Shown here: positions 10,633-23,469 of the stretch, piece by piece
Position numbering within the stretch: position 1 is the first letter of the stretch
How the letters are laid out: each line of letters starts with the position of its first letter
DNA from: Octopus bimaculoides
Taxonomy: Eukaryota
DNA: 39,547 bases
Direction of reading: 5' to 3'
NCBI RefSeq assembly: GCF_001194135.2
Contig: NC_068984.1
Coordinates: forward strand, 37,261,176 to 37,300,722
The notes under the pieces: generated by a model
The model's input: the letters and a program-made list of their open reading frames with translations, nothing else
Told to the model about the DNA's origin: nothing
The model's database searches: none
Made by a program: the position numbers and the translations under genes

Positions 10633-11897
10633 TAATATTCACATGTCATTCATGTTTGAGACCGGTTTCATTGTCCTATCAAAGAATTTATAATACCTTC
10701 AGGTAACTAGCAGTGCACATGCAGAAGCATGTGAGCCTTCAACTATACAATTACATTCCAGGCTTCTATTGTGCTTTAACTTAATTCGACAGTTCATGTA
10801 GAGTTTTCTCACCCTTAGATTTCGGCCAATCACCTTTTGCATGAAATTAACAGGCTCTTGGAGATATATAAAACACACTTTATATAACTGTTTGTAGGTG
10901 CTTACTATATGTTCTTGCCAGTATGTAACTACTTTATAGAAATGGTAGAAATAGGTAATTAGTTTATAGAAATGATGTTCAGAAGAGTGATGGTCATTCA
11001 TTGATAAATTTGACCATGTAAGTTATGATAATCGCTTTGACGGGATTAAAATATATTGATACTTTTCTACTTTTTTTTTTCACTTGAGGAGATATCATTT
11101 CTAACTAAGAAAAATCTCAATGTGATTGGAACATGTAGCGCAATTTTGCAGGTCATATACAATATAAATTGCTATTAGTGAATGTCGAAATCATGTACAC
11201 CTGCACACCCGACCTACGACGCTCTGTTATAGCGACTTCAATATATATNNNNNNNNNNNNNNNNNNNNNNNNNNNNNNNNNNNNNNNNNNNNNNNNNNNN
11301 NNNNNNNNNNNNNNNNNNNNNNNNNNNNNNNNNNNNNNNNNNNNNNNNATATGCAAATCAATATATTTTACTTACTTATATATACGCTTGTTTGTATACA
11401 GACGTGTATAGATATGCATATTTTCTTGTTAGCTACATGACATTTGTGTATAAGGTGCCATTTAGTCGTATATAATATTGTACCATATTCTTATCTGTTA
11501 GCCATGTGTCCATGATATACTATCCTTCATTTCCTCCGCAGTATACCTGGAAGCGTCCTCTCTGATTCATGCTTATAGCTTGCTAATGAGGTACTTCAGG
11601 GTGCTAGCCCTAACACTTAAGTTGTGTGTGTGTGCGCGTGCGTGAGTGTGTGTGTGTATGTGTTTTGGGGTCATCCCATAAATAATGCGGATTTTTCAAT
11701 GGCATGGACTAGAAGTAGGAGGGAGACTGGATAAACAACCTGCATCAACTTGCTCTAAAAGCAGCTAGTAATTTTAGGATCGCCCAAGGAAAGTGGTTGG
11801 AGTCTGTCGGATGGAATGTACTGAAATTCAATAGTGCAGCAAAGGTACATGTTGGTTCACGCACATTCTTGCTGCGAATTGTTTAGGTGTAACATGG

Positions 11898-11960
11898 TCT
11901 ATAGAATGCTCAGCCACTCAGCAAGTAATTCAGTTGATCGAACAACTGAGGCTTCCTCAC
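11898..11960 (+). mobile_element. Probable 3' fragment related to SINE family 3
   Basis: Shares GCTCAGCCACT...GTTGATC with the 3' part of the 10279-10632 element. Confidence 0.45.
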
Positions 11961-12139
11961 AATCTTATCTGCAGACAGCGACTTGCACTTCTTAAAATAA
12001 AAAAAGAAACGCTAAATCTGCAATAGGATGGTCTTCAAAGGGTCATTAAAATAAATTCCGCAAAAATTGATTACGGTATTTTTTCATCTATTTCTTGTTT
12101 CTAAATGAGAAAATACATTACTCTCTCTTTCCCTTTGTG

Positions 12140-12248
12140 TATATATATATATATACATAATCATATACATATACATATAAATATATCCATATATATATGT
12201 ATATATATAAAATGTAAGCATATATATATACATATATACATATATCTT

Positions 12249-12293
<45 letters not shown>

Positions 12294-12335
12294 NNNNNNN
12301 NNNTCTCTCTCTCTATCTCTCTCTCTCTCTCTCCT
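12140..12335. repeat. (TA)-rich and (TC)n microsatellites with a 10-N gap
   Basis: Direct reading. Confidence 0.9.
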
Positions 12336-12746
12336 CTATGAGTGTGCCTGCGTGCGCTGTCGTTGTTAATGTGCTATGTGTGTGTATTATGTACTGCATT
12401 ATATTTTAATGGAAATAATCAATCATTGTTGTATTTCAGTTATTAACTTGAATAAATATATATACGAGGAAGTATAACAATATTATTGGAAATCTATCGC
12501 ATAGGCTATTATTATTTTTTTTTATTCAACTTCATCTTTTATTCTCTTTCTTAGTCAATGAACATGTCTGTCACATTTTAGAATTTTTTTGACGAGCAGT
12601 CTTTCATCATCATTAAGTCCAGGTATTACTTCAAATTGCTTTCTATCATTTTCAATGTATATCTATCAGTTCTAATTTTTGCTCCTATAATTTCCTATCA
12701 ATGAATATAGACACTCGATTATATATATGCAGACATACATAAATGC

Positions 12747-12748
<2 letters not shown>

Positions 12749-12793
<45 letters not shown>

Positions 12794-12822
12794 TGTGTGT
12801 GTGTGGCGAGAGAGAGAGAGAG
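12749..12822. repeat. (GT)n(GA)n microsatellite
   Basis: Direct reading. Confidence 0.9.
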
Positions 12823-13189
12823 ATGTATTCATCAGTGCAAGAAGTATAAACAACATTTTTGCAAAGGATTCGAGAAGGTAGATAGCAGATGAGGATCTAG
12901 GAGATTCATATTTATCCTCATGAGAAAAAGAGATGTAAGTCCAGTTAGGTACTAACTATATATATCTATGTATACACACGACAGACGGGACCTTGATGAC
13001 TGCCATGAGGCAGGAAAGTATACTAGTCTTTATATATTTTATATATTTTATTTAATATATTCAATAAGACATTCAATACTTCATTTCATTTTACTATTTA
13101 TATTATATATTCCATATTTTATATCCCACATTAACTTTATAAGAATATAAATCAAACATAAAAAAACAGAGTTGGAACTCTTTTAAATA

Positions 13190-13995
13190 ATATATATACA
13201 TATATACATACATATATATATATANNNNNNNNNNNNNNNNNNNNNNNNNNNNNNNNNNNNNNNNNNNNNNNNNNNNNNNNNNNNNNNNNNNNNNNNNNNN
13301 NNNNNNNNNNNNNNNNNNNNNNNNNNNNNNNNNNNNNNNNNNNNNNNNNNNNNNNNNNNNNNNNNNNNNNNNNNNNNNNNNNNNNNNNNNNNNNNNNNNN
13401 NNNNNNNNNNNNNNNNNNNNNNNNNNNNNNNNNNNNNNNNNNNNNNNNNNNNNNNNNNNNNNNNNNNNNNNNNNNNNNNNNNNNNNNNNNNNNNNNNNNN
13501 NNNNNNNNNNNNNNNNNNNNNNNNNNNNNNNNNNNNNNNNNNNNNNNNNNNNNNNNNNNNNNNNNNNNNNNNNNNNNNNNNNNNNNNNNNNNNNNNNNNN
13601 NNNNNNNNNNNNNNNNNNNNNNNNNNNNNNNNNNNNNNNNNNNNNNNNNNNNNNNNNNNNNNNNNNNNNNNNNNNNNNNNNNNNNNNNNNNNNNNNNNNN
13701 NNNNNNNNNNNNNNNNNNNNNNNNNNNNNNNNNNNNNNNNNNNNNNNNNNNNNNNNNNNNNNNNNNNNNNNNNNNNNNNNNNNNNNNNNNNNNNNNNNNN
13801 NNNNNNNNNNNNNNNNNNNNNNNNNNNNNNNNNNNNNNNNNNNNNNNNNNNNNNNNNNNNNNNNNNNNNNNNNNNNNNNNNNNNNNNNNNNNNNNNNNNN
13901 NNNNNNNNNNNNNNNNNNNNNNNNNNNNNNNNNNNNNNNNNNNNNNNNNNNNNNNNNNNNNNNNNNNNNNNNNNNNNNNATATATATATATATAA
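13190..13995. other. Assembly gap 13225-13979 flanked by (TA)n
   Basis: N run with (TA)n on both sides. Confidence 0.98.
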
Positions 13996-14444
13996 TATGC
14001 GTGTGTTTTTCTCTTTTGGATTACATATGCGTCACATGTTCTAGAGTATAAGTTATTGGTAATAATCAATCATTTCCGGGAATATTTCCTGAGGTACAGC
14101 GTAATTGGTTTTATTGTTCATCTTCCCTTGTATCTTTATGGCCGCTGGTAGTTTTCTTATACAAATGACTCCAAATGACTTTATATACCTACTGTTGCTT
14201 TCTTTAGATATAATGATGTATATTATTCGTCTTCTTTATACATTTCCATTCACTTAATATTTATTCCTGTTTACTTTTATTCTCGTTTCAAATGGGCCAA
14301 ATTATATTTAAATATGACAGACTGCATTTTTCTTTATATATTTGTGAGTGTGTGCATTGTGTGTACGACTGTGTATTTGTGTGTACATGTTTGTCGGTAT
14401 GTGTGTACGTACTTAATAATATACATTACATTTATCTAAACACG

Positions 14445-14799
14445 TGTGTGTGATATATATGTATGTGTATATATATATGCATTTGCATCTATCTATATAT
14501 ATTTATATATATAGATATATATATATATGTATGCATTTATGTATGTGTGTGTGTATGAATGTGTGTATGTATGTATGTACGTATGTATGTATGCATGTAT
14601 GTATGCGTTTAAGTATGTATGTATGTAGCGACTCTTGTGTTTACGTAATTATATGGGCATATTCAATTACATACCTCTATAGATACGTCATTCGAGAATT
14701 CAAGTGTTTTTTAAACATACCGGAAAGAGAAAATATATGTGTATCTTATGTATATATATGTTTGTATGTATATATATATATATATTTATATATATATGC

Positions 14800-14838
<39 letters not shown>

Positions 14839-15264
14839 NNNNNNNNNNNNNNNNNNNNNNNNNNNNNNNNNNNNNNNNNNNNNNNNNNNNNNNNNNNNNN
14901 NNNNNNNNNNNNNNNNNNNNNNNNNNNNNNNNNNNNNNNNNNNNNNNNNNNNNNNNNNNNNNNNNNNNNNNNNNNNNNNNNNNNNNNNNNNNNNNNNNNN
15001 NNNNNNNNNNNNNNNNNNNNNNNNNNNNNNNNNNNNNNNNNNNNNNNNNNNNNNNNNNNNNNNNNNNNNNNNNNNNNNNNNNNNNNNNNNNNNNNNNNNN
15101 NNNNNNNNNNNNNNNNNNNNNNNNNNNNNNNNNNNNNNNNNNNNNNNNNNNNNNNNNNNNNNNNNNNNNNNNNNNNNNNNNNNNNNNNNNNNNNNNNNNN
15201 NNNNNNNNNNNNNNNNNNNNNNNNNNNNNNNNNNNNNNNNNNNNNNNNNNNNNNNNNNNNNNNN

Positions 15265-15295
<31 letters not shown>

Positions 15296-15375
15296 AATAT
15301 ATATGTATTTATATTTATATTCATATATATATATATATGCATATAAATATATATTTATATTTATATTCAAATATA
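14445..15375. repeat. TA/TATG-rich low-complexity tract spanning gap 14839-15264
   Basis: Direct reading. Confidence 0.9.
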
Positions 15376-16439
15376 TATTTGTCTATTCAAAAGTGCAGAT
15401 TGTTTCTCAGATATTCATTTTTGCTTGTATGTTGTCTTTATTCTTTTTACTTCATCTTAAAAACTTTTTTCCATTCAGAAGAATCTTTGAATATGATATT
15501 GTTCTGGTGATATTTCGATCAACTCAAAGATTCTTGCAGCAGATGACTTGCGCTGTTTATTTATTATGTTATTGTCCTTCTTTCATTAAAATATGAGAAT
15601 ATTATTTGTATGAAATTCCACTTCGGATATTAGTCACGTTGTTTGATTGAATTGCATGATAAGAAGTGAAACGAGATGCCAACTGTTGGTATCACTTTGC
15701 TGGGATCTGTAGTTATTTCGTGGCCATGACACGTTAAATTATTATGTTCGGCTAAATATATAGTCACCATGCTGTAGAACAGCTTCCACTTCAAGTAGTT
15801 GGGTTACAGTGACTGACAAGCTTGAAATACTGAATTCAAATGCTGCCGTCGTTGAGGATTTAAGAGAGTTTATTTCCTAGAACTATTAATTTTTACACAG
15901 CTACATAATTTAAGCTCTTATGTAGAATGAGGAATGTGAGGTTATAATAACTTTCATTAAGGCTAGAATTATTTCAGTGCTGTTGAAGTGAAGAGGCTTC
16001 AACTAGAGATCAAAACGTCGCCATTTCGAGAGATGTAATGTATGAATCCCAAACTAATTTCATCAAGTTCTTATAAATTAAGTACGATACGATTGCTGTA
16101 GTATCGGTTTGTAGTTTAAAATTATCTATTGCATTGATGTTAGTTTCATTTGCAGAGGGTATGCCTATAAGTACATTTACAAAGAGTATGCCTATAAATA
16201 CAGAATAGAAACTTCAGCAGTCTGGTGATTACTATATAGTTACACATACCATAAGTTGAATGGCAGAAATACTAGAGGACTGGACTAAATACTAGATAAT
16301 ATTTAAGGGTTCAAATACACCCAAATCAGTTTGACTCTTTTTAAATCCATTGTGGGTCAGTAGCCTTATTCTCTAATGTCAAAGAATTAACATCAGGCAG
16401 TTCTTAGGCGGCGTGATGATAGGCTTGGTATTACGCCTG

Positions 16440-17470
16440 GCAAAATGTGTGTCTTATGTATTTTATGATTATTGGTGCTACCTTCTTCATGGCTAGTATT
16501 TCTAAGATCCATGTGTGAAGAATACTATCGAAATCCTTTCGGTAATCGATCCAGGCCTTAGACCCTTCTTTCTACCGCTGTCTTCCGTTATGGCTTTATT
16601 GATCATTAGCTGGTCTTTACAGCCGTATGAGCCCTTTCAGCATCCCTTCTGCTATTCTGGAAACAGGCTGTTTTCCTTCAGATGCTTGCTTATTCTCTGC
16701 CGTTTTATTAAAGTAAAGGCTCTGTAAATTGTAGGTAGACATGTTTTTGATTTGTAATTTTGTGAGATTGCTGTTTCAGTGTAGTTGGGAATTAGGATAG
16801 TCTTCCCTTCCTTTCGTTGTTTACTTCGTTTTTGTTGGAAATATTACGTCTGTCTTCGTGTTTTACAGTCCTGGTGCTTATGATATTATTTGGCATTGCT
16901 GTGTGGTTACTATCTACCTTTTTCTGGTGTATTTTTCCTTTTAATTGTTCTATTTTTATTTATAATATTTTTTCTTTGTTTTGTTTTCAGAATATACCTT
17001 CGTATGTTAGCTAGTTTATTAGGGTTTATTGCTGTATCCAAGTTTTTATCTAGGTTATTTTTCTTCCAGATTTTATATGTATATGCTGTTGTTTTCGTTC
17101 TTTGTGTAGAGCACTGCTGTAAAATAAGCGTGTAGGCCTCAAATATATTCCTCGTGTGTCCATTTATGCATTTTTATTCTATTTTCGGGATATGAGGAAT
17201 AACGTCCTGCCTTTTATTTTGATAGTCATCATTTTCGTAGAGTACCGTTTCGTTCTTTACTGGTGTGAAATGGCTTTGTATATGTAGTTTTTCGTACTTT
17301 TTGTGTAACAAGTTTAAAGCACGTACTTTCCGATTGTTGTTCTTGGGTTGAATAATACAGGTATTATTTAATTTATCTTTTATTTTTTGTGCATGGTGTT
17401 GGAGACGGAGATGGTCTGATGTTGATTGGATCGTAATGTGGCGAACGTGTTTACACGTGCTGTACGAGCA
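16440..17470 (-). mobile_element. R4/Dong-like non-LTR retrotransposon: N-terminal region joined to RT start (large internal deletion)
   Basis: Minus strand: KWTHEEY (about 17148-17165) ... NPNKLANIRRYILK (N-terminal region), then GKTILIP..TCLPTIY..SKHLKENSLFPE*QKGC*KGSYGCKDQLMINKAI..WIDYRKDFDSILHTWILEIL (RT start). Multiple stops. The 5' boundary is approximate. Confidence 0.85.
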
Positions 17471-17608
17471 ATGGAGATGATATACATTTAAAATACATCA
17501 TTTCATTTGGAAAATAGAAATAAATGTGAATGAGTATTACTTACTGGGATATAGTGCAACACTTTGTCCGTTATTTTTGGATTCATTTTATCACTCTCAC
17601 ATCCTCGG

Positions 17609-17677
<69 letters not shown>

Positions 17678-17697
17678 CATTATTATTATTATCATTA
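17609..17697. repeat. (ATT)n microsatellite
   Basis: Direct reading. Confidence 0.95.
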
Positions 17698-17998
17698 TTG
17701 ATATTCAACACACTTGTTTAATGCCACCGGTTATTTGGCGGGTGCTTTTATCGGAGCCAATCCTGTTGTAAGTATTCAGTCCAGTTCCGGTTTTAAATTA
17801 TTTCCTTCCCTTCTTTCCAATAGGGCCTGAAAATTTCCCAACTGCTGTCCTTCCTCTTCATACAAGACCATTGATAAAATGCCAGTCCCTTGCTAACAAG
17901 GGGGATGTTTTCATTATGCGGAACACAATGATTAAGATACCTCCTGATGCGTGAAAAACCCGTTATATACCAACAACTGTTAGTGTCGAAACAATTAC

Positions 17999-18089
17999 GT
18001 GATCGCTTGATGCACAAATGCGATCAGACAATACAGTGAATGAATAAAAGAAAGTCTTTTATCTGCATTTCTACTCTGATTTATTTCAT
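17999..18089 (-). CDS. Weak candidate coding exon (phase 1 to 2)
   Basis: Acceptor ctattttatgtcAG, open frame (D)EINQSRNADKRLSFIHSLYCLIAFVHQAI, donor AC|GTAATT. Supported only by splice-like signals. Confidence 0.15.
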
Positions 18090-19201
18090 CTGACATAAAA
18101 TAGAACAGAGAGAATATGATCTTAAATCTGAAGGTAAACACGAAAATAAAATCACAATCGACAACTTAATAACGGGCGATTCTGGATGAATTTGTTCTTG
18201 TTCTTATAAACCAACGGCTCATTGAAGCCTGAGGTTATTCTGATACCTAATATATGTCTTTATACTCATATGCATCCTAATGGGTTCGATTCATTTATAT
18301 ATGGAGAACCTTAGATTACGTTTTAAGCATACTTGTTACGGATTTAGTCAATGCATTCATATTCTACTGGCTGGTAACAATCTAAAGGATTTATTTACTT
18401 TGATAAGAAAGGACATGGCGTGACTGCATTTTCATGGCTTTGCAAGAATTTATGTCGAGGGAGGTGGGGGAAAACCTTGGGAGAGTGTGAGGGAGAGGAA
18501 AACGAACGAAAGTAAGAAACGGCGAAGCAAGATCCATGTTGTAGTTGCTGCTGCTTTGGCATGTGTGGACCTTAATGCTGATGATTATCATCATGAACGC
18601 TATCATAATCATCACCAGTATAATCAGGAACATCAACATCATCATCATCATCGTCGTGGTTGTCATCTTCATCTTAGCTTTTCCCTTCATATAATCTGCT
18701 CTACAGTTAGACCAGCTTGATATGAATTAAGAACAACGGATCGTAGAACGAAAGAGACCGCAACTGATTAAATTTCGGATGGAAATTTACTGACCTGAAT
18801 TAATGAACTACTGTGCATTCACAACACAAACACTTTCCACGTTTCTTATCATATACACATGCAATCACACACTAATACAAACACACTTACATGCACATAC
18901 GCACGCATCCACATACAAACACAACTCCCACAAAAAATTAACATATGAGTACATATATTGTGTGCAAATATATTTATATGTATGTATGCGTGTATTTATA
19001 TATACATATACATATGTATACATATAAATATGTATACAAACACATTCATAAATATATGACAAACAAGAAGTTGAAGATATCAGTATAGCATTGGTGTAAT
19101 ACTGGTTAGAAGCATTTTGTAGGTAGAGTAGACAATAATCATGATATAGACCTCCATTAAAGTTGGGAATTGGTCAGCCATCTCATAAAGGATATATATA
19201 C

Positions 19202-19326
19202 CGATCAAATCAGCGATTTGTCCTGAATCAGAAGTGGTCCCAATGATTAAGGAAGACAGTTTGGAAGAAAAAGATGTAAGGGCTGATCCCAGTTCCAGTT
19301 TCGCATGATCAAACAGTGAAAACAAG
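19202..19326 (-). CDS. Candidate coding exon of an unidentified gene (phase 2 to 1)
   Basis: Strong polypyrimidine acceptor ccttcttttgtctttctacatttAG. Only one of three frames is open: LFSLFDHAKLELGSALTSFSSKLSSLIIGTTSDSGQIADLI. Donor G|GTATAT. GC is higher than in the flanks and no TE motif was recognised. Confidence 0.3.
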
Positions 19327-19884
19327 CTAAATGTAGAAAGACAAAAGAAGGAGTTTTTGAATGATTCTTGAAAGAGGAGTTGAACAGATAACTAAAATTA
19401 GAAATAAAATTTATGACAGTGTCTCCTAAAAATTATTTCATTACAAACTGTTAGAATGATAGGAATCTAGATTAAGTAGCTCTGAATAAAATCATTAAAT
19501 GTTTTAAGACCTAAAATTGTGCTTGATATAATTATTCTCTACCGTTGCTTGTACTTAAGCAGTTTGTTTCAAAATCACGTGGAAGTTGGCATAAAAAATA
19601 AATCACTTGACAATGATCGGAAATTATCTTGTGAATGTAATGTTAAAATATTTTTCATCTTTTCGAATTAGATTAACAGTCGGAAAAATTATAATAGTTT
19701 CGGACATCACATGTTAAACCATTTGCTAATGATAGTGTACATTAAAATGTATTTAGTTCTACGGTAGAGTGATTTAGTTTTAAAACAAACCATTATGTAA
19801 GAACATAATTACTAACGTGTTCCGACTCATATTTCTTACAACGTAATTTAAGTAAAAATCGAAAAAGTCCCACCATACAAATTA

Positions 19885-19885
19885 C

Positions 19886-19931
<46 letters not shown>

Positions 19932-19932
19932 C

Positions 19933-19963
<31 letters not shown>
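19885..19963. repeat. (TA)(TG)(TA) compound microsatellite
   Basis: Direct reading. Confidence 0.9.
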
Positions 19964-19967
<4 letters not shown>

Positions 19968-21611
19968 TCAATTATAAAACATTATGAGTAAATTTTTGTT
20001 TCACAACTGAATTACATTGTCAAATCTCACAGGTAAACGTAGAAAAAATATTTAGAATTATCCAGGAAATTTACGCAGCCAAAATACATAAGTGCCAGTA
20101 ACTAAAGCAACATTACAAGGTCATACACTGGCTCAAAGGTTCCTAAGAAATGCGAAAGGAAAACAAGTTTAAAACAAGCAAAATATTATGTCGGGAAACA
20201 AAGCAAAGTTTAAAAAATATTAACAATAAAAATATTTACATACATTCAAAAATTTCTTATTTGATAAACTGAAATGAACTGCAGAAATTTCGTGAAGGTA
20301 ACTATCAGGTGAAAATAGTAAAAGTGCATTACTAAATAAAGAAATACCAAGCAGAAAAATTACTGTTAAATAAACATGTCTGAGACGCAATTGCTGAATA
20401 TTTCAGTATGTGTTAACATATTTGTGTATATGCTAATATATTTGTAATGAATCATGTCTAAAGGGCAAAATTGTGCAGTACCAATATTAGAGAAAACAAA
20501 TAGTCTGGCTTCCAAAGTATCGAAATAATATACATCCTTCAGTTAAGCTCTTTCATTGCGATACACATATTTTGAGTAGTAATATATTTTGTGTTACTTT
20601 TAAAATAAACTATTTTTGACACATGTTAGCAATACTGGTTCAGATTTTGGCGCAAAATCGTAGAACGTAAATACAGACGTCAAGTTAGTAATATCAACTG
20701 TAAAAATTGTACAATGGGAATTATTTGTTATTTTCTAAGCATAATCCGACGATGGCCAGATGACAAATACATCTAGTAACTGTTTGGAAAGAAAACATGA
20801 AAACATATTATAGAGTGATAGATATATTTTGAGTAGAGTAGGTTAGTCTATTTTCCTTTGACTTTTCCTGATTAAGCATTATGGTTGTAACATTTAAAAC
20901 ATAGTAGCATAAGTAAGTAAACAACAAACCTTATAAGAAAGAAACAATAATAAACCCACGTACATGTCACACAATTGTTAGTTCGACATATTTAAGTTTA
21001 ATTTTCCTTGACATGTCTAATAATTATCTATTGTATATACATATGCTCCCCTTGCTGAGGAGTACTGTAAAGAAAATTCATGTTTAACTACTGTGTTTTT
21101 AATAGCGATTCAAGATAGTTCACTCGATTCACATCGTGTATGACTTTAATAATAGGAAGAATATTTCATAATCTTATTTCTCCCACGCTGCACATTTGCA
21201 ACACCTTGTCTAAATAACAAATCATTATTAATGAGTAGAAGGCATGAGAAAAAACAGTGTAATTTTGGCAATGCAAATTTTAATTTCACAATGTTAAATT
21301 GATAATAAAGTTTGGAGCAACATGCATATTCCTCAGCGTGAAATAAATTATTCTGAAAGTATATTGATGAGCATTCCTGTAGTATAAATATTCTTTTTCT
21401 ATTAGATTTTTCTCTTTTTCCCTATCATAACGATGTATCATTGTTTTGCCGATAATGAAACTACCTTATCGCTGAGCATGTATGCCAATGAAATAACTAA
21501 AAACATAAATAAATTTAATATAGCTGTAACTCAGAGAACCTTTAAAAGTTGTTTGTCTATCTCTTTCCTATGTAAACATATATACATAAATATATGTGTG
21601 AGAGTGCGTAC

Positions 21612-21620
21612 GTATATATA

Positions 21621-21669
<49 letters not shown>

Positions 21670-21797
21670 TATGGGGGGGGCCTGCATGTATCTTACGCAT
21701 ATGTACATGTGTGTACATATATATTTGCGTGAATGTCTTGTGTGTACGCGTGTGTGTACGTGTGTTTGTACGTGTGCGTGTGTGTTCATGCGTGTGT

Positions 21798-21891
<94 letters not shown>
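21612..21891. repeat. (TA)/(TATG)n and (GT)n microsatellites
   Basis: Direct reading. Confidence 0.92.
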
Positions 21892-21893
<2 letters not shown>

Positions 21894-22019
21894 TCATGAG
21901 ATTGTATTTCAAATATTTATATTTACAGAATATTTGCTAGGAGAAAGAAAGGAAATCGATATCTTAGCTAGAGTAAATGTAATGCATTAGTATGTGTGGC
22001 CATATATATATATATATAT

Positions 22020-22200
22020 ATGAGCAATATCGAGGATAACCAGCCGAAATTGCAAGGATAATCTAGATCTCGATTGAAGAGAGAGAACTCTGAATGACCT
22101 GTCCGTGTTTTCTTTGTATCGTCTATCTTGATGTTTTGTCTCTTTCTTGTATCACCTAACTGTCTGGATGTTTTACGTTCTTGTCCCATTCTGTATTATT
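22020..22200. repeat. Unclassified interspersed-repeat fragment
   Basis: GC-richer block (CAGCCGAAATTGC...TTTTACGTTCTTGTCCC) between microsatellites. It resembles a recalled octopod repeat; the class could not be determined. Confidence 0.35.
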
Positions 22201-22201
<1 letters not shown>

Positions 22202-22245
<44 letters not shown>

Positions 22246-22335
22246 NNNNNNNNNNNNNNNNNNNNNNNNNNNNNNNNNNNNNNNNNNNNNNNNNNNNNNN
22301 NNNNNNNNNNNNNNNNNNNNNNNNNNNNNNNNNNN

Positions 22336-22366
<31 letters not shown>

Positions 22367-22371
22367 GTATG
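22202..22371. repeat. (CA)n - gap 22246-22335 - (TA)/(TATG)n
   Basis: Direct reading. Confidence 0.92.
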
Positions 22372-22629
22372 TGTGTTTTTTCAATGTTTACAAATAACAC
22401 GGGAAAAATAAATAGTTACCAGGGTACAAAGGATGTAACAGTCTACTTATAAAGGTAGAAACTCCAGCTTTAGGTGAAGTGTTTTTGTATATTATAGATA
22501 AATAAATAAATAAATAAATGGAGTTAAACGCAGGTGTTATTTAAATCTTTTTACTTCCGACATTTGTTGCGAAGAAAACATTGGTATTATTCCAGAAGGA
22601 ATAAAATGGTGTAAAGCAATATAATCTTC

Positions 22630-23430
22630 TCATCAGAGAAAGAAAGGAAGACACCAAGCATATCAATTAGACATTTCACAGAATGTGATAACTGCGTATA
22701 TGATGAAGGGAACGCTAGCAATTTTTTTTTAAACCGTTAGTAGATATAATGTCAAAGGTAGTTTATAGAAAGAGGAGGAAGAAGATAGTAATTAGCAGAA
22801 CACTAATAGTGAAGAGATATAGAGCGGTAGGTCAATAGGAATAAAGCTTAAAGGCATGGAAGTGGATATATTTAGTGGAAGTGATATGTAAGAAGACAGC
22901 AAAGGTTGAATTTTATGGAATGGTAGAAATCACTTATAGGAACTGAAGGTATGTTTCTGTCAATGTTTACAGCGATAAACGCGTTGTATACATTGGCAGA
23001 ACAGGATGAGATACATTTCACTGTTACAAAGCGGAGAAAACGATTTACCTTTATCATACGGAACAGATATACAGTGAAAATTCCATTCGCAATCAAATTG
23101 TTATTATGATCCTTTAGATACCAAATTAGTTTACTAAGCCCATTATTGTTACGTTTATTGATATATCTAAATGTAGAGTAATGATTAGATATTCTTTTGG
23201 TCAACTGAGATGAAGAACTACCTATATAAAAAAAGACGTCAGAATTAGAAGTAATTTTACGTTGATAAATAGAATTTCTAGTCTTAGAATTACTGCTAAA
23301 AAAACGAATGCGATTGGAGTCAACATCAGAAACACTAACACCGCTGCTATTATTATTTAAAGGATGGCTAGTGTTAAAAAAATTAGTGTTACTATTTTCA
23401 TTAAGTGGATTTGTATTTAACAACTTATTA
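22630..23430 (-). mobile_element. Penelope-like element A: GIY-YIG endonuclease domain and 3' region (5'-truncated, frameshifted)
   Basis: ORF 22872..23423 contains SIYQRKITS..FFYIGSSS..KRISNHYSTFRY..NGLSKLIWYLKD. The shifted frame continues SVPYDKGKSF..LCNSE. This is the IY..YIG..KR..NH...LS..IW.LK signature of PLE GIY-YIG. Confidence 0.85.
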
Positions 23431-23469
23431 TGCGAAAAGATGATTTATGAAAGATCTTTTTGCGTTAGA

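Noticed and set aside
11665-11700. Mariner-like terminal sequence GGGGTCATCCCATAAATAATGCGG (similar candidate TATACGAGG near 12460)
   Set aside because: No matching inverted end or transposase motif was found in the window.
16152-16200. Short direct repeat GAG(G)GTATGCCTATAA x2 (similar TTTATAGAAATG x2 near 10933-10975)
   Set aside because: Two-copy local slippage duplications; not an array and there are no spacers, so not CRISPR-like.
20620-20697. Minus-strand exon candidate DITNLTSVFTFYDFAPKSEP
   Set aside because: The acceptor is plausible but the donor is ambiguous and no phase fits the neighbouring candidate.
22629-22636. CUGAUGAG hammerhead core about 300 nt 3' of the minus-strand Penelope EN
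   Set aside because: The position is suggestive, but no stem II or GAAA follows, so no complete ribozyme can be drawn.
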